This document shows, one piece after another, positions 30,289 to 41,006 of a DNA stretch of 64,000 nucleotides; within the stretch, counting starts at the first letter, position 1, and every line of letters starts with the position of its first letter. The position numbers and the translations under genes were made by a program. Under the pieces are notes generated by a model, which made no database searches, was not told where the DNA came from, and worked only from the letters and a program-made list of their open reading frames with translations. Origin of the DNA: an uncultured Clostridium sp. (GTDB lineage: Bacteria; Bacillota; Clostridia; TANB77; CAG-508); contig CAKNRV010000002.1 in the NCBI GenBank assembly GCA_930991035.1, positions 19,134 through 83,133 on the forward strand, written 5' to 3'.

Positions 30289-31626
30289 TTAAACGCTAAA
30301 TGACATTACAAAATCTGTTCCATCTAGCAACTGCATAATAAAGTTTTTGGTTATTGCAGAACTTGTAGGATTACTTTTATCTGTAATATTTAACTCAAAT
30401 ATATGCAAGTCTCCACTTGTTTGATAATTTGTGTAACCAACACTGTTATTATCATAAAATGTATTTTCTGCATAAGTTTCAAAATCTGCAAGTGTTGGGA
30501 AGTTATTTTGCTTAAATGTGCTATCTAATTTGTTGTATACGTATTGGTAGTCTTTGTTATTTATAGCTGAAAAGACTTTTTGTAGGTTTAGTGCAGCTTT
30601 TTCTTGAGCTGTTCCTTCATTATATTGTTCTATAAATTCTGGTAAGTCAATTGTATATGTATCTAAAATAGCTGTATAATCCATTATTCCAGTTGCTCTA
30701 AATATGTAATATTTTTCATTTTTATCTATACATACGTATTGTTTATATCCTGCTTCTTCTTGAGTGACTTGATATTGCTGTAAATTAATTGCTGATATTT
30801 CTGTTCTATTGCTTTCTATATATGATTGGAATGCTTCCAAACTTCCAAACTTAGCATCTCTATATTCATAGTCTAACATTTCATACATTATATCTGGTCT
30901 TACTATTGAAAGTACCTTATACGAGTTTATGTATTTTTTTGATATATACTCATCATTTGCTGTTTCCTCAATATATTGATTAAAATTTGTTTTTTCTATT
31001 GTTATATCATCATTATTCACTAGCTCTATTTGACTTAAGTTCACTCCGCTTTTTAGATTTAATGGCTCTATTGCAAAGGTTTTGTTGTTTGTATCTAAAT
31101 ACACTTTATAATATCCATCTCTTATATATTGATTGTCTAAAGTATATTCTATTCCATAAACAGCATATACTTGTTCATTAGGTTCACTTAGTTCATACAT
31201 ATCTAAAGCCATAAATGTAATATTCTGATTTTGTGTTTGTACAAAATCGTTAATATTATCTAACGTTATATTGTTTTGCTCAATATATTCGTCACTTAGT
31301 AAATCAAATATATATTGATTTATTTCTTCAGCAGTAATAATTTGAACATACTCATTATTTTCATTATAACCATAATATACTGAATTTGCTGTATTTTTAA
31401 CATCTAAATATTGATTAATACTTTGTTCAACTGTATAGAATTTAGAACCATCAGTTGTTTTTTGTATTGTTGCTTCTGCACTATCTATACTATCTGTTCC
31501 TTGTGTGTTTACATTATCTGTATTTGTATTACCTTCTTGCTGTAAATTTAATGCCATCATAAGTAATATTATAAAAATAATCAATATAATTAACAATGCT
31601 ATAACAATCCATTTTACATTTTTCAT
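30289..31626 (-). CDS. Hypothetical N-terminally anchored (bitopic) protein, Tyr/Asn-rich ectodomain
   Basis: 445 aa with an N-terminal TM segment. It follows the hydrolase gene. The conserved leader motif lies at 31646-31684. Confidence 0.45.
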   Translation of the reverse strand: MKNVKWIVIALLIILIIFIILLMMALNLQQEGNTNTDNVNTQGTDSIDSAEATIQKTTDGSKFYTVEQSINQYLDVKNTANSVYYGYNENNEYVQIITAEEINQYIFDLLSDEYIEQNNITLDNINDFVQTQNQNITFMALDMYELSEPNEQVYAVYGIEYTLDNQYIRDGYYKVYLDTNNKTFAIEPLNLKSGVNLSQIELVNNDDITIEKTNFNQYIEETANDEYISKKYINSYKVLSIVRPDIMYEMLDYEYRDAKFGSLEAFQSYIESNRTEISAINLQQYQVTQEEAGYKQYVCIDKNEKYYIFRATGIMDYTAILDTYTIDLPEFIEQYNEGTAQEKAALNLQKVFSAINNKDYQYVYNKLDSTFKQNNFPTLADFETYAENTFYDNNSVGYTNYQTSGDLHIFELNITDKSNPTSSAITKNFIMQLLDGTDFVMSFSV

Positions 31627-31786
31627 TCGGCTTTTCCCTTATATAATATATTTAGGTCTTTAAATGGGATTTACCTATAAACCCATAATTCTTTTATTAT
31701 CTTTATTTAGCTAAAGGTTACTTATGCAAAAAACATAAATAGCCTTTAATTTTTTGCAACCTATTAATAACAATTTAAGCACATAT

Positions 31787-34700
31787 TTATAAATTTTCTT
31801 GCTCACTTGTTTCGTCATTAGAGCCTTGTTGTGTAAAGTATTCGTAATAGTAATTTGCCCAGTAAATTCTTTCTTCTATGTGTGGAACTCCCGGTCTTTC
31901 AAATGTATAGCAGAAAGCTCTGGCTGCTTCTTCTGGAGTAGTCGCATCTACCCAATCTTCTCTTGTGTATCCGTTTCTATCAAGGAAATTATAATCAGCA
32001 AAACCATTGCATCCTCCTCCTGGAGTCATTTCTGCAACCAAAAATTCAATTTGTGTATTTACATCTGTCCAACTTACTCCTTTATGATTTGAGTAACCAA
32101 TAAGTTTTTCTTTCCTGCCACCAGACCATTGGACTAATCCTATACCATCTCCTGCTCCATTGTCTTCCATTGCAGCTGGATCAAAGCCACCAGATTCCCA
32201 GTGTAAATTACCTAATACACCAGCTACTGCTATATCACTGTACCCTAAACCAGTTAATGTGTTCCACACTTTTTCTTGTACATCTCCTCCAACAATTTCT
32301 GTTACAGTAGAAAAATTATCTGGGTTAAATATACTAGTATCCAAACTTGTTACACCCTGATCTTTTCCAGTTGCTTTATATATTAAGTATTTTGTTAAAT
32401 CCACCATATCTGCTGTATCTTCATTGTTTTCTAGGATTTCGTATAACCAATCTGGTGCACTTATAATGTTATTATATGCCTCATAATAATCTGCACTTCT
32501 AAATAGGGTTACAAAGTTTGGTTCTTCTGAATCTCTATCTGTCTTTTCTATTATATTCGCTGGTGACGCAACATATATATTTTTTTCTATGGTTGTAGTA
32601 GTTACTATTGTTCCACCACTGCCATCATCCCTAGGTCCATCTATTGTTCGTTCTACCTCTGGTACTTGATATGTATACTCTTGTGTATAATCCACTATCC
32701 ATACGTCTGCCCTATATAAGCTTATGGTTATTGTATTAGTTCTTGTTATTGTAGTATCAGTTCGCCAATATGTATTAGAAACTGTTCCTTGTGTACCATC
32801 CTCGTTGGTTACAGTGCTTTCAACCGTATAAGTATGTGTTGTTTCTACTGTCTCAGTTGTCAAGTTGTCGTAAATTGCAATTTCTATTTCACTTCCATAT
32901 ACTAAATCTGCTATTGCTAATGCAAATTCTGCCTGTCTTCCTGTTACTGTTAAAGCCCACAAATAATTGAATGGCATTGTGTATCCGCTTACAAAAGCTT
33001 TATAATTTATAGATTGTGTTGTCATTTGATATGTATGCTCTTCTGATGGAGTAACTGCTGGATCATTTGATTCTACTCTTACTTCTTTATCTTTCCATGT
33101 TGCAACAATAACTGAATATGATTTTGGTTGTGTTATTATTTCTTCTTCCTCATCTTCGCCACTAGGTGCTTCTGGTTCTTCTTCTGTTGGCTCTTGTGTT
33201 GGTTCCTCAATTGGCTCCTCTGTTGGTTCTTCCGAATCTCCTCCATCTGTTGAAGTTTCTGTTGGCAATGATTGCCAACCCCATCCTAACCAGCCAACTT
33301 GTCCATCTGTTTCTTGATTTTGCCAAGACAAAAACTCTTCTAAAGTACTGTCAACTACTACTTGCTGTCCATTTCTCTCTATGCTGTGTCTTACTGTATT
33401 ATTACCAACATAAATTCCTGCGTGACCTCCTGATACACTACCAGTGCCATATACTACTGCTCCCACTGGTATATTTGACATATCTGTTGATACTATATTC
33501 GCTTGAGCTGCTTCATATGCATTATTATACATAACATCTGGAAGTCCTGCATTCGCATAAACTCTTCTTACCCAAGCTTGACTTAATCCCACATCTACAC
33601 TTGGTGTTGAATACGCTGCATCTATAATAGCATCAACATATTCCTGTGGCATTTCTGTACTATCCGTTCTTCCTGCTCTAGTTGTAATCTTTTTATCTGA
33701 TTCGTTATATAGAGCAGAAACTCTATCTATTGAGCCAAGCTTTTCTACTTGTGAAGTACTTTGTGTTGATGTAGAATCTGAAACTTCTGTTGATACTGAA
33801 ATTCCATTCCATCCCCATCCTAACCAACCACTTTTTCCATCTATTACATCTGTTTGCCATGAAAGCCACTCTTCTATTGTACTATCTTTTACAATACCTC
33901 CTCCTCCAGAGGCTTGATTATCTCTTACTATTCCATTTCCAACATATATTCCGACATGACCACAACCATTTGAATTAAGTCCTGTACCATATACAGTTGC
34001 ACCAATTGGAATACTTGACATATCTGTTGATACTATGCAATTTTTTGCTGCTTCATATGCGCTATAAAATCTTTTTTCTGGAAGTCCTGCATTAATGTAT
34101 GTATTGCTTACCCAAGCTTGACATAAATTTCCTCCTGGACTTGGTGTTGAATATGCTGCTTGTACAATGGCATTTGAAATATCTGATGTCATATCTACTA
34201 TATCTGCTCCAGAAACTAAGCTTCCAGAGCCACTACCAGATGTACCACCATTCGGAGTAATACCACCAGCACCTTCCTCGATTGTAAAATGTGTCATTGC
34301 ATTATTCCAAGCACTATCACTACCTGTATAATTATAATCCTCAATCCAACCATAGAACTCTTCTGGGGTTGCATAAGTAAGTCTAACAGAAGTACCATCT
34401 TCCAAAAATCTTCTGAATTTTATAATTCCTTGAATTTTATTAGATTCAATGTCTTGGTTAATTGTTTCCCAGTCAATTTCTTCGTCTGGGTTCGGTCTTG
34501 TATCTGGATAATTCGTAATTACTTCTGCATTCATTAGAGCTAATAATTGCTCTGCATTTTCTAAGTACTCGTCTACTCTGGAATTATTTTCCATCATTTT
34601 TTCCCATATTTCTTTTGCTGTCATAGATGCAGTAATATTACCCTCATTATCAATTGTTACGCTCCTTGTAAATTGACTTGCGGCAAATGGTACGTTTGAC

Positions 34701-34873
34701 CAATCTCCTTCTTCATAAGTTCCATCAGAGACTGTTACCTCGTACGTAAAGCCTGCAATTAACATTATTATCAACAATATAATTAATATCACAGGTAAAA
34801 AACTCTTTACTATTCTTTTTCCTACACTTTTTGCAGCACTCTTTATTTTTACTAATAACTCTGAATCTGACAT
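31787..34873 (-). CDS. VirB1-analogue cell-wall hydrolase: N-terminal TM anchor, two CHAP-like (Cys...His) domains and a C-terminal phage-tail-lysozyme-like muramidase domain
   Basis: Two repeats of CQAWVSNTYINAGLP...GHVGIYVGNG / SQAWVRRVYANAGLP...GHAGIYVGNN. The C-terminus has GNLHWESGGFDP...GIGLVQWSGGRKEKL. Confidence 0.65.
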   Translation of the reverse strand: MSDSELLVKIKSAAKSVGKRIVKSFLPVILIILLIIMLIAGFTYEVTVSDGTYEEGDWSNVPFAASQFTRSVTIDNEGNITASMTAKEIWEKMMENNSRVDEYLENAEQLLALMNAEVITNYPDTRPNPDEEIDWETINQDIESNKIQGIIKFRRFLEDGTSVRLTYATPEEFYGWIEDYNYTGSDSAWNNAMTHFTIEEGAGGITPNGGTSGSGSGSLVSGADIVDMTSDISNAIVQAAYSTPSPGGNLCQAWVSNTYINAGLPEKRFYSAYEAAKNCIVSTDMSSIPIGATVYGTGLNSNGCGHVGIYVGNGIVRDNQASGGGGIVKDSTIEEWLSWQTDVIDGKSGWLGWGWNGISVSTEVSDSTSTQSTSQVEKLGSIDRVSALYNESDKKITTRAGRTDSTEMPQEYVDAIIDAAYSTPSVDVGLSQAWVRRVYANAGLPDVMYNNAYEAAQANIVSTDMSNIPVGAVVYGTGSVSGGHAGIYVGNNTVRHSIERNGQQVVVDSTLEEFLSWQNQETDGQVGWLGWGWQSLPTETSTDGGDSEEPTEEPIEEPTQEPTEEEPEAPSGEDEEEEIITQPKSYSVIVATWKDKEVRVESNDPAVTPSEEHTYQMTTQSINYKAFVSGYTMPFNYLWALTVTGRQAEFALAIADLVYGSEIEIAIYDNLTTETVETTHTYTVESTVTNEDGTQGTVSNTYWRTDTTITRTNTITISLYRADVWIVDYTQEYTYQVPEVERTIDGPRDDGSGGTIVTTTTIEKNIYVASPANIIEKTDRDSEEPNFVTLFRSADYYEAYNNIISAPDWLYEILENNEDTADMVDLTKYLIYKATGKDQGVTSLDTSIFNPDNFSTVTEIVGGDVQEKVWNTLTGLGYSDIAVAGVLGNLHWESGGFDPAAMEDNGAGDGIGLVQWSGGRKEKLIGYSNHKGVSWTDVNTQIEFLVAEMTPGGGCNGFADYNFLDRNGYTREDWVDATTPEEAARAFCYTFERPGVPHIEERIYWANYYYEYFTQQGSNDETSEQENL

Positions 34874-34885
34874 ATTTTACTCCTC

Positions 34886-35842
34886 TTATAAGTTTATTTG
34901 AATAGTTCCATATTGTTTTAATCCAAGTTCATTATAGTTAAGTACTATATCAGGAAATACAATACTTACTATATTCTTTCTTGAACCATATTTACTATAA
35001 TATTTAATAGTTACTTCTTTTGTTGTTCCTGCATTTACTGTAAGTTCTCCTTCTGTTAATTCGTGTAAATATGCTGTATATGCCACTCCATTATCGTCTT
35101 CTATATAAATTGAATTTATGTTATTTATATCTGCTAATAATATTGGTGTTTGGTTATTATTTGTTATTCTAAATTTATATGTAGTATAGTCCATATAATT
35201 ATTACATTCTAATACAGTTATTTGAATATTATTATTTTCGCTTGTTTTATTTAATTCTGTTTTGCTTACAAATCCATTAATATTTAACGCTTTTTCATTA
35301 TTATTGTCAATAACAGCTATATAGTCTTGATATTGTGAATCTTCTGAGTAATTTCCTGTTAACAAAGAGTCTTCATTTACTAAAATTCTATAAATGTTTC
35401 CTGACCAATTTTCAACTGATACCTGTTTCGCTCTTCCTCCAAAGACAGGCTGATAATATGCTGATTGAAAAACTGATAATTCTGGATACATTTCTTCTTT
35501 ACAATCATTTGACAATAAATCATATGCTTCTTGGATTTTTTCATTATTGCAGTATGCAAAGAATTGATCTATTAATTTAATGTCTTCTGACTGACTTTCT
35601 GTTATTGCTGAACCTGTAATTAAGCCTGATTCTGATCCTATCGATACACTATTTAGATTTTCTGTTATATTTTCGTAAACACTTCCAGCTACTTGGTTGT
35701 TTTCGGTTTCTGAACTATTTTCACTAAATAATGAAATTAAGGCAAGTAATCTGTTTATTATAAAAGCAACTACAATTATTGCAACTATTAATTCTATTTG
35801 TATTTTATGCTTTATAAACCATTCTGCTATTTTTCTATTCAT
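34886..35842 (-). CDS. Bitopic membrane protein, possibly VirB8/TcpC-like (NTF2-like ectodomain?)
   Basis: 318 aa with an N-terminal TM segment. The assignment rests on topology and context only. Confidence 0.4.
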   Translation of the reverse strand: MNRKIAEWFIKHKIQIELIVAIIVVAFIINRLLALISLFSENSSETENNQVAGSVYENITENLNSVSIGSESGLITGSAITESQSEDIKLIDQFFAYCNNEKIQEAYDLLSNDCKEEMYPELSVFQSAYYQPVFGGRAKQVSVENWSGNIYRILVNEDSLLTGNYSEDSQYQDYIAVIDNNNEKALNINGFVSKTELNKTSENNNIQITVLECNNYMDYTTYKFRITNNNQTPILLADINNINSIYIEDDNGVAYTAYLHELTEGELTVNAGTTKEVTIKYYSKYGSRKNIVSIVFPDIVLNYNELGLKQYGTIQINL

Positions 35843-35956
35843 TAATGCTCAACCCTTTCCATTTAATAAAATTACATTAGTTTGTATCCACTTATATTTT
35901 TTATTACTTTTTAACATTTTTATTTTCTTTTATAACAGTATTTAAATAGTTATATT

Positions 35957-35986
35957 CTATTAAAGTGAGACAAAAATGTGTCTCAC
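35957..35986. terminator. Terminator AAAGTGAGACA-aaaat-TGTCTCACTTT between the VirB6-like gene and the 318-aa gene
   Basis: 11-bp perfect stem with T/A-rich flanks. Confidence 0.5.
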
Positions 35987-35996
35987 TTTAATAGTT

Positions 35997-38975
35997 TTAG
36001 TAAATTCCATTGATTTTTCTAATTGCATCAACATATGCTTTTATGTCTTTTTCTGGAACTTTATCCTCTCTTAACCTGCTTTCGTGTTGTTTAAGTTTTT
36101 TGCTATCCTTTCCAACATCAGTTGCAAGTCCAGCTAAGATAATCTTTCTTTCATCATCTAGTTTATCTCCAAATTCTTTTGTTTGCATAGCTTTTATTAT
36201 AATTTTATCGTCTGGAACTCCTGCTGCTCTAAACTTGCTAGCTGCTTTCATTGCTTCATCTACCTCTTGCTTATTTCTCAAGTTTAATTCGTCTTTATAT
36301 GTTCTACGTCTTTCTTTATCGTGCTTTGCTTTTTCTTCTTCTTCTGCTATTCTCTTTTCTTTTGCTCCTTCTATTCCTAATTTTCCTTCTCTATAAGTTT
36401 GTTTTAGTTCATCAAAGCTACTATTTCCCTTAGAACCTGCTAATGTTGAGCCAGCAAGGAAACCAACTCCTGCTGCTGCGCCACCATATTTAAGTATATT
36501 TTTGTCTTCATCTGATGCAAGTCCAGCTGCTACTCCAACAACTCCTGCTGTTGCACCTAACGCTACTCCCATAGCACCTCTTCCAACTGTTCTTACAAAC
36601 TTCTTCGTTCCTTCACTTCTAGCCACTTTTCCTGTTACTCTAGCAATACCTCTTGCTCTGTTTTTAGTTCCATTCCATACTCTTTTTCCTAGACTAGGCC
36701 TTTCTTCATTTGCATCACTTATATCTATTTGTTGTGGTTCTTCCGGTTGTATAGCCTCAGTATCTTGAGCATTTATATTATTATACATAGCTTCAAACTC
36801 ACTAGCTGTTGGCATATTTATAGCCGGATTATCTCTAGTATATATATCATTAGCATTTTCTGCTCCAGCCCCGTTGTCCAGTGTAGTTGCATATGTAGCA
36901 TATGCAGAGTAATCGTAATCTTCTGGTTCTGTTCCAGTATAAGGTATGTCATAATCGTCATAGTTATTATCTCTGCTACCATAATTTGAATAATCTGGTA
37001 TTTCACCTGCATTTGAGTAATCTGGATAATTTGCTTCTTCTCCAGAAGGTACTTGTGCTCTATAATTTGTAGAATTAGCAGTATCTCCAGCATTCTGATT
37101 TCCTGATTGTACTAAATTATTAGTTGTTCCACCATATTGGTTTACATTTCCATCTACATTGTTGGCGCTTCCTGATGGTAGGGCTTGATTGTAGAATTGG
37201 TCATTAGAATAATCATATGCTTGATTTTGCCCATTACTAATTTGTGCATTCTGTCCGTTTTCTCCATTTCCATAATAACCTCTAATTCTTTGTGCGACTT
37301 TATTTTTTCTTCCTCCTGAAGCATCTTCGCTTTTATTTTTGTCTTTGTTCGCATTATTTCCACCACGATGTCCTGCTAAACGTTTTAGTGAATTAACGCC
37401 TGCCATAGCTAAAGCTCCACCCAATGCTGCTGTTGAACCGTTTTCCAATGTTCCTGCTTTATCGAAGCCAAAAAACTTACGTAATATTTTTTCTGCTTGT
37501 AAAATAAATCCTACTGCTACAATTGCATATATTAAATTGTTACTTGCAAATTCAATTGCTGAACCAACTAATACAGTATACAAAATTAGGTGTAATGGCT
37601 GTATTAATAAATTAAAGAAATATTCTTTAAGCCAAGTATTAAATCCTTGTGCATTACCATCATGCATTTTGTCAAGTGGATATGTCATCGCCATTAATGG
37701 TGCTATCATTGTTAAAAACGCAATCATAATAACCCTTTTAATATACATTATTAAGAAACCTACTGTATAAAATACCAAAATCAAAAATATTAATATATAT
37801 CCTAATTGGTTCATTATGTTACTTACTTTAGGGCCATCTTCATTTACTTGTTGTATCTGTATTCTTACTTGTGTCATTAAATTTCCTGGCCAAGTATATT
37901 TTCCTCCATCCATATAACCGTTCTCATCAAAAAATTGTTGGGCTGGTTTACCATTTATTTCATATCCGTTTTTCTCTAAATCAGGCAACTGTAATATTAT
38001 TGGTTTGTTTATTTTTTTTACACTCTCTGTTAACGTATCAACTAATGTAGTAGCAAAGGCCATAATATATTGTAAGAAGAATATTAGGCACATTGCAACT
38101 AGCCAACTAGTCAGTTTTTCTTTATATTTTGCTTTGTCTGCATTGCTACTACTTATTATAATTCTAATTGCTGAATATAATAATAGTGATAATAATATTA
38201 CAAGTGCTAAATTTCTTAAAGTTAAATACCAGCTTGAAACCATTCCCCTAATTTGCATTGCAATTGATTCGCTATGAATAGTTTCATATTCTGCAATTTG
38301 GCTCTGTAATTCATCTCTTTGTCCTTCTAGTTCGGTTATTTGACTCGCTAAATCTTCTGAAATCTGTCCTCCATTTTGTACTAGCTGTTGTGCTTGATTA
38401 TTTAAATCTTGCAGTTGTCCTTGAAGTTTTTCATATTCGGTTTGAGTATTTTTATACTCATTATAATCTTTGGATTCTTCTTCTGTTGCGGCTGTACCAA
38501 AAAAATTCACATCAAGTAATGGAATGTCATTTTGAAAGATTTGTTCTGGACTGATTGCATACATTGGTAAATACCAAGTATCTGGAAAAACAGCATTAGA
38601 TACGACTGTTGACAAATATAGTGTTCCTGCACCTGCAAGAACTGCTAATCCTACCCCGCCAGTTATAACTCCAACAAATATAGCAACTGCTCCTGCTAAA
38701 ATAACTCCAACTAATTGTGCTGCTCCTTTTTCTGGTACGCTTACCGTTATCAGAGGATCATCAATATTTAAAACTAGTCTGTGTGCAATATTCATTAAGC
38801 CATCACCAAGTGCAACCAGTAGTTGTAAAAATGGCTCCAATAATGTTCCTCCCAATGAATCAAGTATTGTATCAACTCCATAACTTACTGTTGGACTACA
38901 AAAGTTAAACAATATTACAATTACTAAAACAATAGCAACCTTAATTATGAAATTCTTGTTTATAAATGTTTTCAT
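35997..38975 (-). CDS. VirB6/TrbL/ConG-like polytopic membrane protein with coiled-coil segment and a long N/G/Y/D-rich low-complexity C-terminal region
   Basis: 992 aa with at least six hydrophobic helices. Size and position (right after VirB4) match those of VirB6 analogues in Gram-positive conjugation systems. Confidence 0.55.
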   Translation of the reverse strand: MKTFINKNFIIKVAIVLVIVILFNFCSPTVSYGVDTILDSLGGTLLEPFLQLLVALGDGLMNIAHRLVLNIDDPLITVSVPEKGAAQLVGVILAGAVAIFVGVITGGVGLAVLAGAGTLYLSTVVSNAVFPDTWYLPMYAISPEQIFQNDIPLLDVNFFGTAATEEESKDYNEYKNTQTEYEKLQGQLQDLNNQAQQLVQNGGQISEDLASQITELEGQRDELQSQIAEYETIHSESIAMQIRGMVSSWYLTLRNLALVILLSLLLYSAIRIIISSSNADKAKYKEKLTSWLVAMCLIFFLQYIMAFATTLVDTLTESVKKINKPIILQLPDLEKNGYEINGKPAQQFFDENGYMDGGKYTWPGNLMTQVRIQIQQVNEDGPKVSNIMNQLGYILIFLILVFYTVGFLIMYIKRVIMIAFLTMIAPLMAMTYPLDKMHDGNAQGFNTWLKEYFFNLLIQPLHLILYTVLVGSAIEFASNNLIYAIVAVGFILQAEKILRKFFGFDKAGTLENGSTAALGGALAMAGVNSLKRLAGHRGGNNANKDKNKSEDASGGRKNKVAQRIRGYYGNGENGQNAQISNGQNQAYDYSNDQFYNQALPSGSANNVDGNVNQYGGTTNNLVQSGNQNAGDTANSTNYRAQVPSGEEANYPDYSNAGEIPDYSNYGSRDNNYDDYDIPYTGTEPEDYDYSAYATYATTLDNGAGAENANDIYTRDNPAINMPTASEFEAMYNNINAQDTEAIQPEEPQQIDISDANEERPSLGKRVWNGTKNRARGIARVTGKVARSEGTKKFVRTVGRGAMGVALGATAGVVGVAAGLASDEDKNILKYGGAAAGVGFLAGSTLAGSKGNSSFDELKQTYREGKLGIEGAKEKRIAEEEEKAKHDKERRRTYKDELNLRNKQEVDEAMKAASKFRAAGVPDDKIIIKAMQTKEFGDKLDDERKIILAGLATDVGKDSKKLKQHESRLREDKVPEKDIKAYVDAIRKINGIY

Positions 38976-38987
38976 TTTTCCTCCCTA

Positions 38988-41006
38988 TTAATTTGCCATT
39001 CTATTTCTTCCTTTTTGCATTAGTTTGTTTAGGTTTGTTTCTACGAATTCAAACTCTTTTCTTGTTGGTTGTATTTGTATAATTGCACTATCCTGTCCTA
39101 CCTTAAGCAATCCTTCTCCCTTTAAACAAGTTATTAAGAAATTTGCCTCTCCTTCACTTAGTTTAAATACTTCTTTTAAGTATTGTATCTCTGATTTATC
39201 TTGTGCTAAGAATAGTTTTGTATCTGAAGATGTAAGTACTGCTTGTGCTTCTGGTTTCTCATAGAAGTCTTGGAATCTTTGAGATATAATAGCAAGTGAT
39301 ACGTTTCTTTTTCTAGCACGTCTTGCCATAGTGTTTAAAAAGTCTACTGCTTCTGGGTATGGAAGTAACATCCACGCCTCGTCAACTAGCACTCTTTTTT
39401 TAGCAGCTTTTGTTCTATCTTCACTATTCTTTTTAACATATTTTTCCCATATCCACTCTAGCAAAATTTGTTGTGCAAGTGGTCTTGCAAATTTCTCCTC
39501 TAGTTGTGATATGTCTAAGTTTATAAACAATGTACCTTCTAATAAATCAAATGTAGATTGTCCATCAAAATATGCCATTTGTCCATCATATTCTCTTATG
39601 TATTGTTTCATAACTTTTAACAAATAACTGTAATGGAAATTGTAGTCTGAGTTTGTATTGTCATCTGCTTTCTTTTGAATTCTTTTATACCAAGAACCAA
39701 TTGTTGGCATATCTTTCTTTTTTCTTCCTAGCATATTATAATTGTTGTCATCTTTTGCAGCTTCAAACAAACTATTTGGATCACTGTTTATTCCGTGTGC
39801 TGCATATTCTTCTGCAACAGATTCTGCAATTATTTGTTTTGTAAGCTCATTTACTTCTTCACTTCTTGTACTTCCTTTTGCCATTGTAAGTAGAGCCTGT
39901 GTAACGTCCTCAACTTTGTTTTCTACATTAAGCACCAATCTATCTTTTCCTGTAATTTCGTCTTTTACAATTTCTGTTTCTATATCAAATATGTTTATAA
40001 CTGTTTTAGAAGTAGGGCTGATAACAACATTTATTCCTCCTAAACTTTCTGCAACTATGCTATACTCACCTTCTGCATCTAGTGCTAAACTTTGAACTCC
40101 CATTAAAACTGCTGACCTTGAAATTAAAGTTTTCATTGTAACTGATTTACCAGCACCAGATTTAGCAAATATAACCATATTGTAGTTTGTAAGTGAATTG
40201 TGGAAGTTATCAAAAAGTATTGGTACGCCAGTTTGTTTATTTATTCCAAGTGGAACACCTGTCGAATGGCCAACCTCTGATGTTGTAAACGGAAAAACTG
40301 TACCCATAGATCTTCTATCAAATGTATGTGTTTTTCTTATTTTATCTTCCATAAATGGTAAGTTAGATTTAAAAGCTTCTTCTTGCATAGCCCAAGCACT
40401 TTTTATTCCAACCAATGATTTTGCCATCTCTGTTGAAAGTAATTTTGTGTATCTATCTAAGTCTTCTAGGCTATATGCAAAAAGTGTAGATACTACTGAT
40501 GCCTCATATAATTTGTTATATCCTGCCGCAATTTCGTCTCTTAATTGTTCTGCTTCGTATCTTTTTTGTCCTAAATCACTTTCTCTATTTATGTTTCCTC
40601 TATCTGCTGCAACAATTCTTTCTGTTTCTATTTCATTTATTACTCTATTTAATTCATTTTGTGATCTTGATTCTGGGATTGGATTTATAAATATTGACGT
40701 ATTTATATCTCCAAACAAATACATATCTCTAAATAATTCTGGAAATGTACACATCCTAGGTAAAGTAGATACGAAAAAACTTCTTGCATATCTTGTTACA
40801 TTAGAGATTATCTCTAAATGATCTATATTGCTTGCATCTATTCCAGATGGAGCTATTAATTCTTTTATTGTTTTCTTCTTTAGAATTTCATACTCTCCTG
40901 GTCTAGTATAATCATTAAGCTGTTTTTGTCTTTCTTCTTCTCTTTCTTGTTTCCTTGTCATTATCTTCTGTGCCTCCTTCTTGTTTATTTTCATTGTTCT
41001 TTTCAT
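38988..41006 (-). CDS. VirB4/TraE/TcpF/ConE-family type IV secretion ATPase
   Basis: Walker A FAKSGAGKSVT and Walker B VLVDEAWMLL. The N-terminal domain (LIAPSGIDASNIDHLEI...RYARSFFVSTLPRM) is of the Gram-positive VirB4 type. Confidence 0.9.
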   Translation of the reverse strand: MKRTMKINKKEAQKIMTRKQEREEERQKQLNDYTRPGEYEILKKKTIKELIAPSGIDASNIDHLEIISNVTRYARSFFVSTLPRMCTFPELFRDMYLFGDINTSIFINPIPESRSQNELNRVINEIETERIVAADRGNINRESDLGQKRYEAEQLRDEIAAGYNKLYEASVVSTLFAYSLEDLDRYTKLLSTEMAKSLVGIKSAWAMQEEAFKSNLPFMEDKIRKTHTFDRRSMGTVFPFTTSEVGHSTGVPLGINKQTGVPILFDNFHNSLTNYNMVIFAKSGAGKSVTMKTLISRSAVLMGVQSLALDAEGEYSIVAESLGGINVVISPTSKTVINIFDIETEIVKDEITGKDRLVLNVENKVEDVTQALLTMAKGSTRSEEVNELTKQIIAESVAEEYAAHGINSDPNSLFEAAKDDNNYNMLGRKKKDMPTIGSWYKRIQKKADDNTNSDYNFHYSYLLKVMKQYIREYDGQMAYFDGQSTFDLLEGTLFINLDISQLEEKFARPLAQQILLEWIWEKYVKKNSEDRTKAAKKRVLVDEAWMLLPYPEAVDFLNTMARRARKRNVSLAIISQRFQDFYEKPEAQAVLTSSDTKLFLAQDKSEIQYLKEVFKLSEGEANFLITCLKGEGLLKVGQDSAIIQIQPTRKEFEFVETNLNKLMQKGRNRMAN

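Noticed and set aside
31700-31760. Hairpin AAAGGTTA…TAGCCTTT + T-run downstream of the hydrolase stop
   Set aside because: The U-tract is only on the plus strand, where no gene ends. The stem has a mismatch. Too weak to call without expression data.
36010-37770. Plus-strand ORFs inside the VirB6-like and hydrolase genes (for example 36010..36396, 37339..37770, 33166..33534)
   Set aside because: Antisense to long well-supported minus-strand genes. Low complexity and no start context.
40198-40821. 207-aa plus-strand ORF
   Set aside because: Antisense within the VirB4 ATPase gene.
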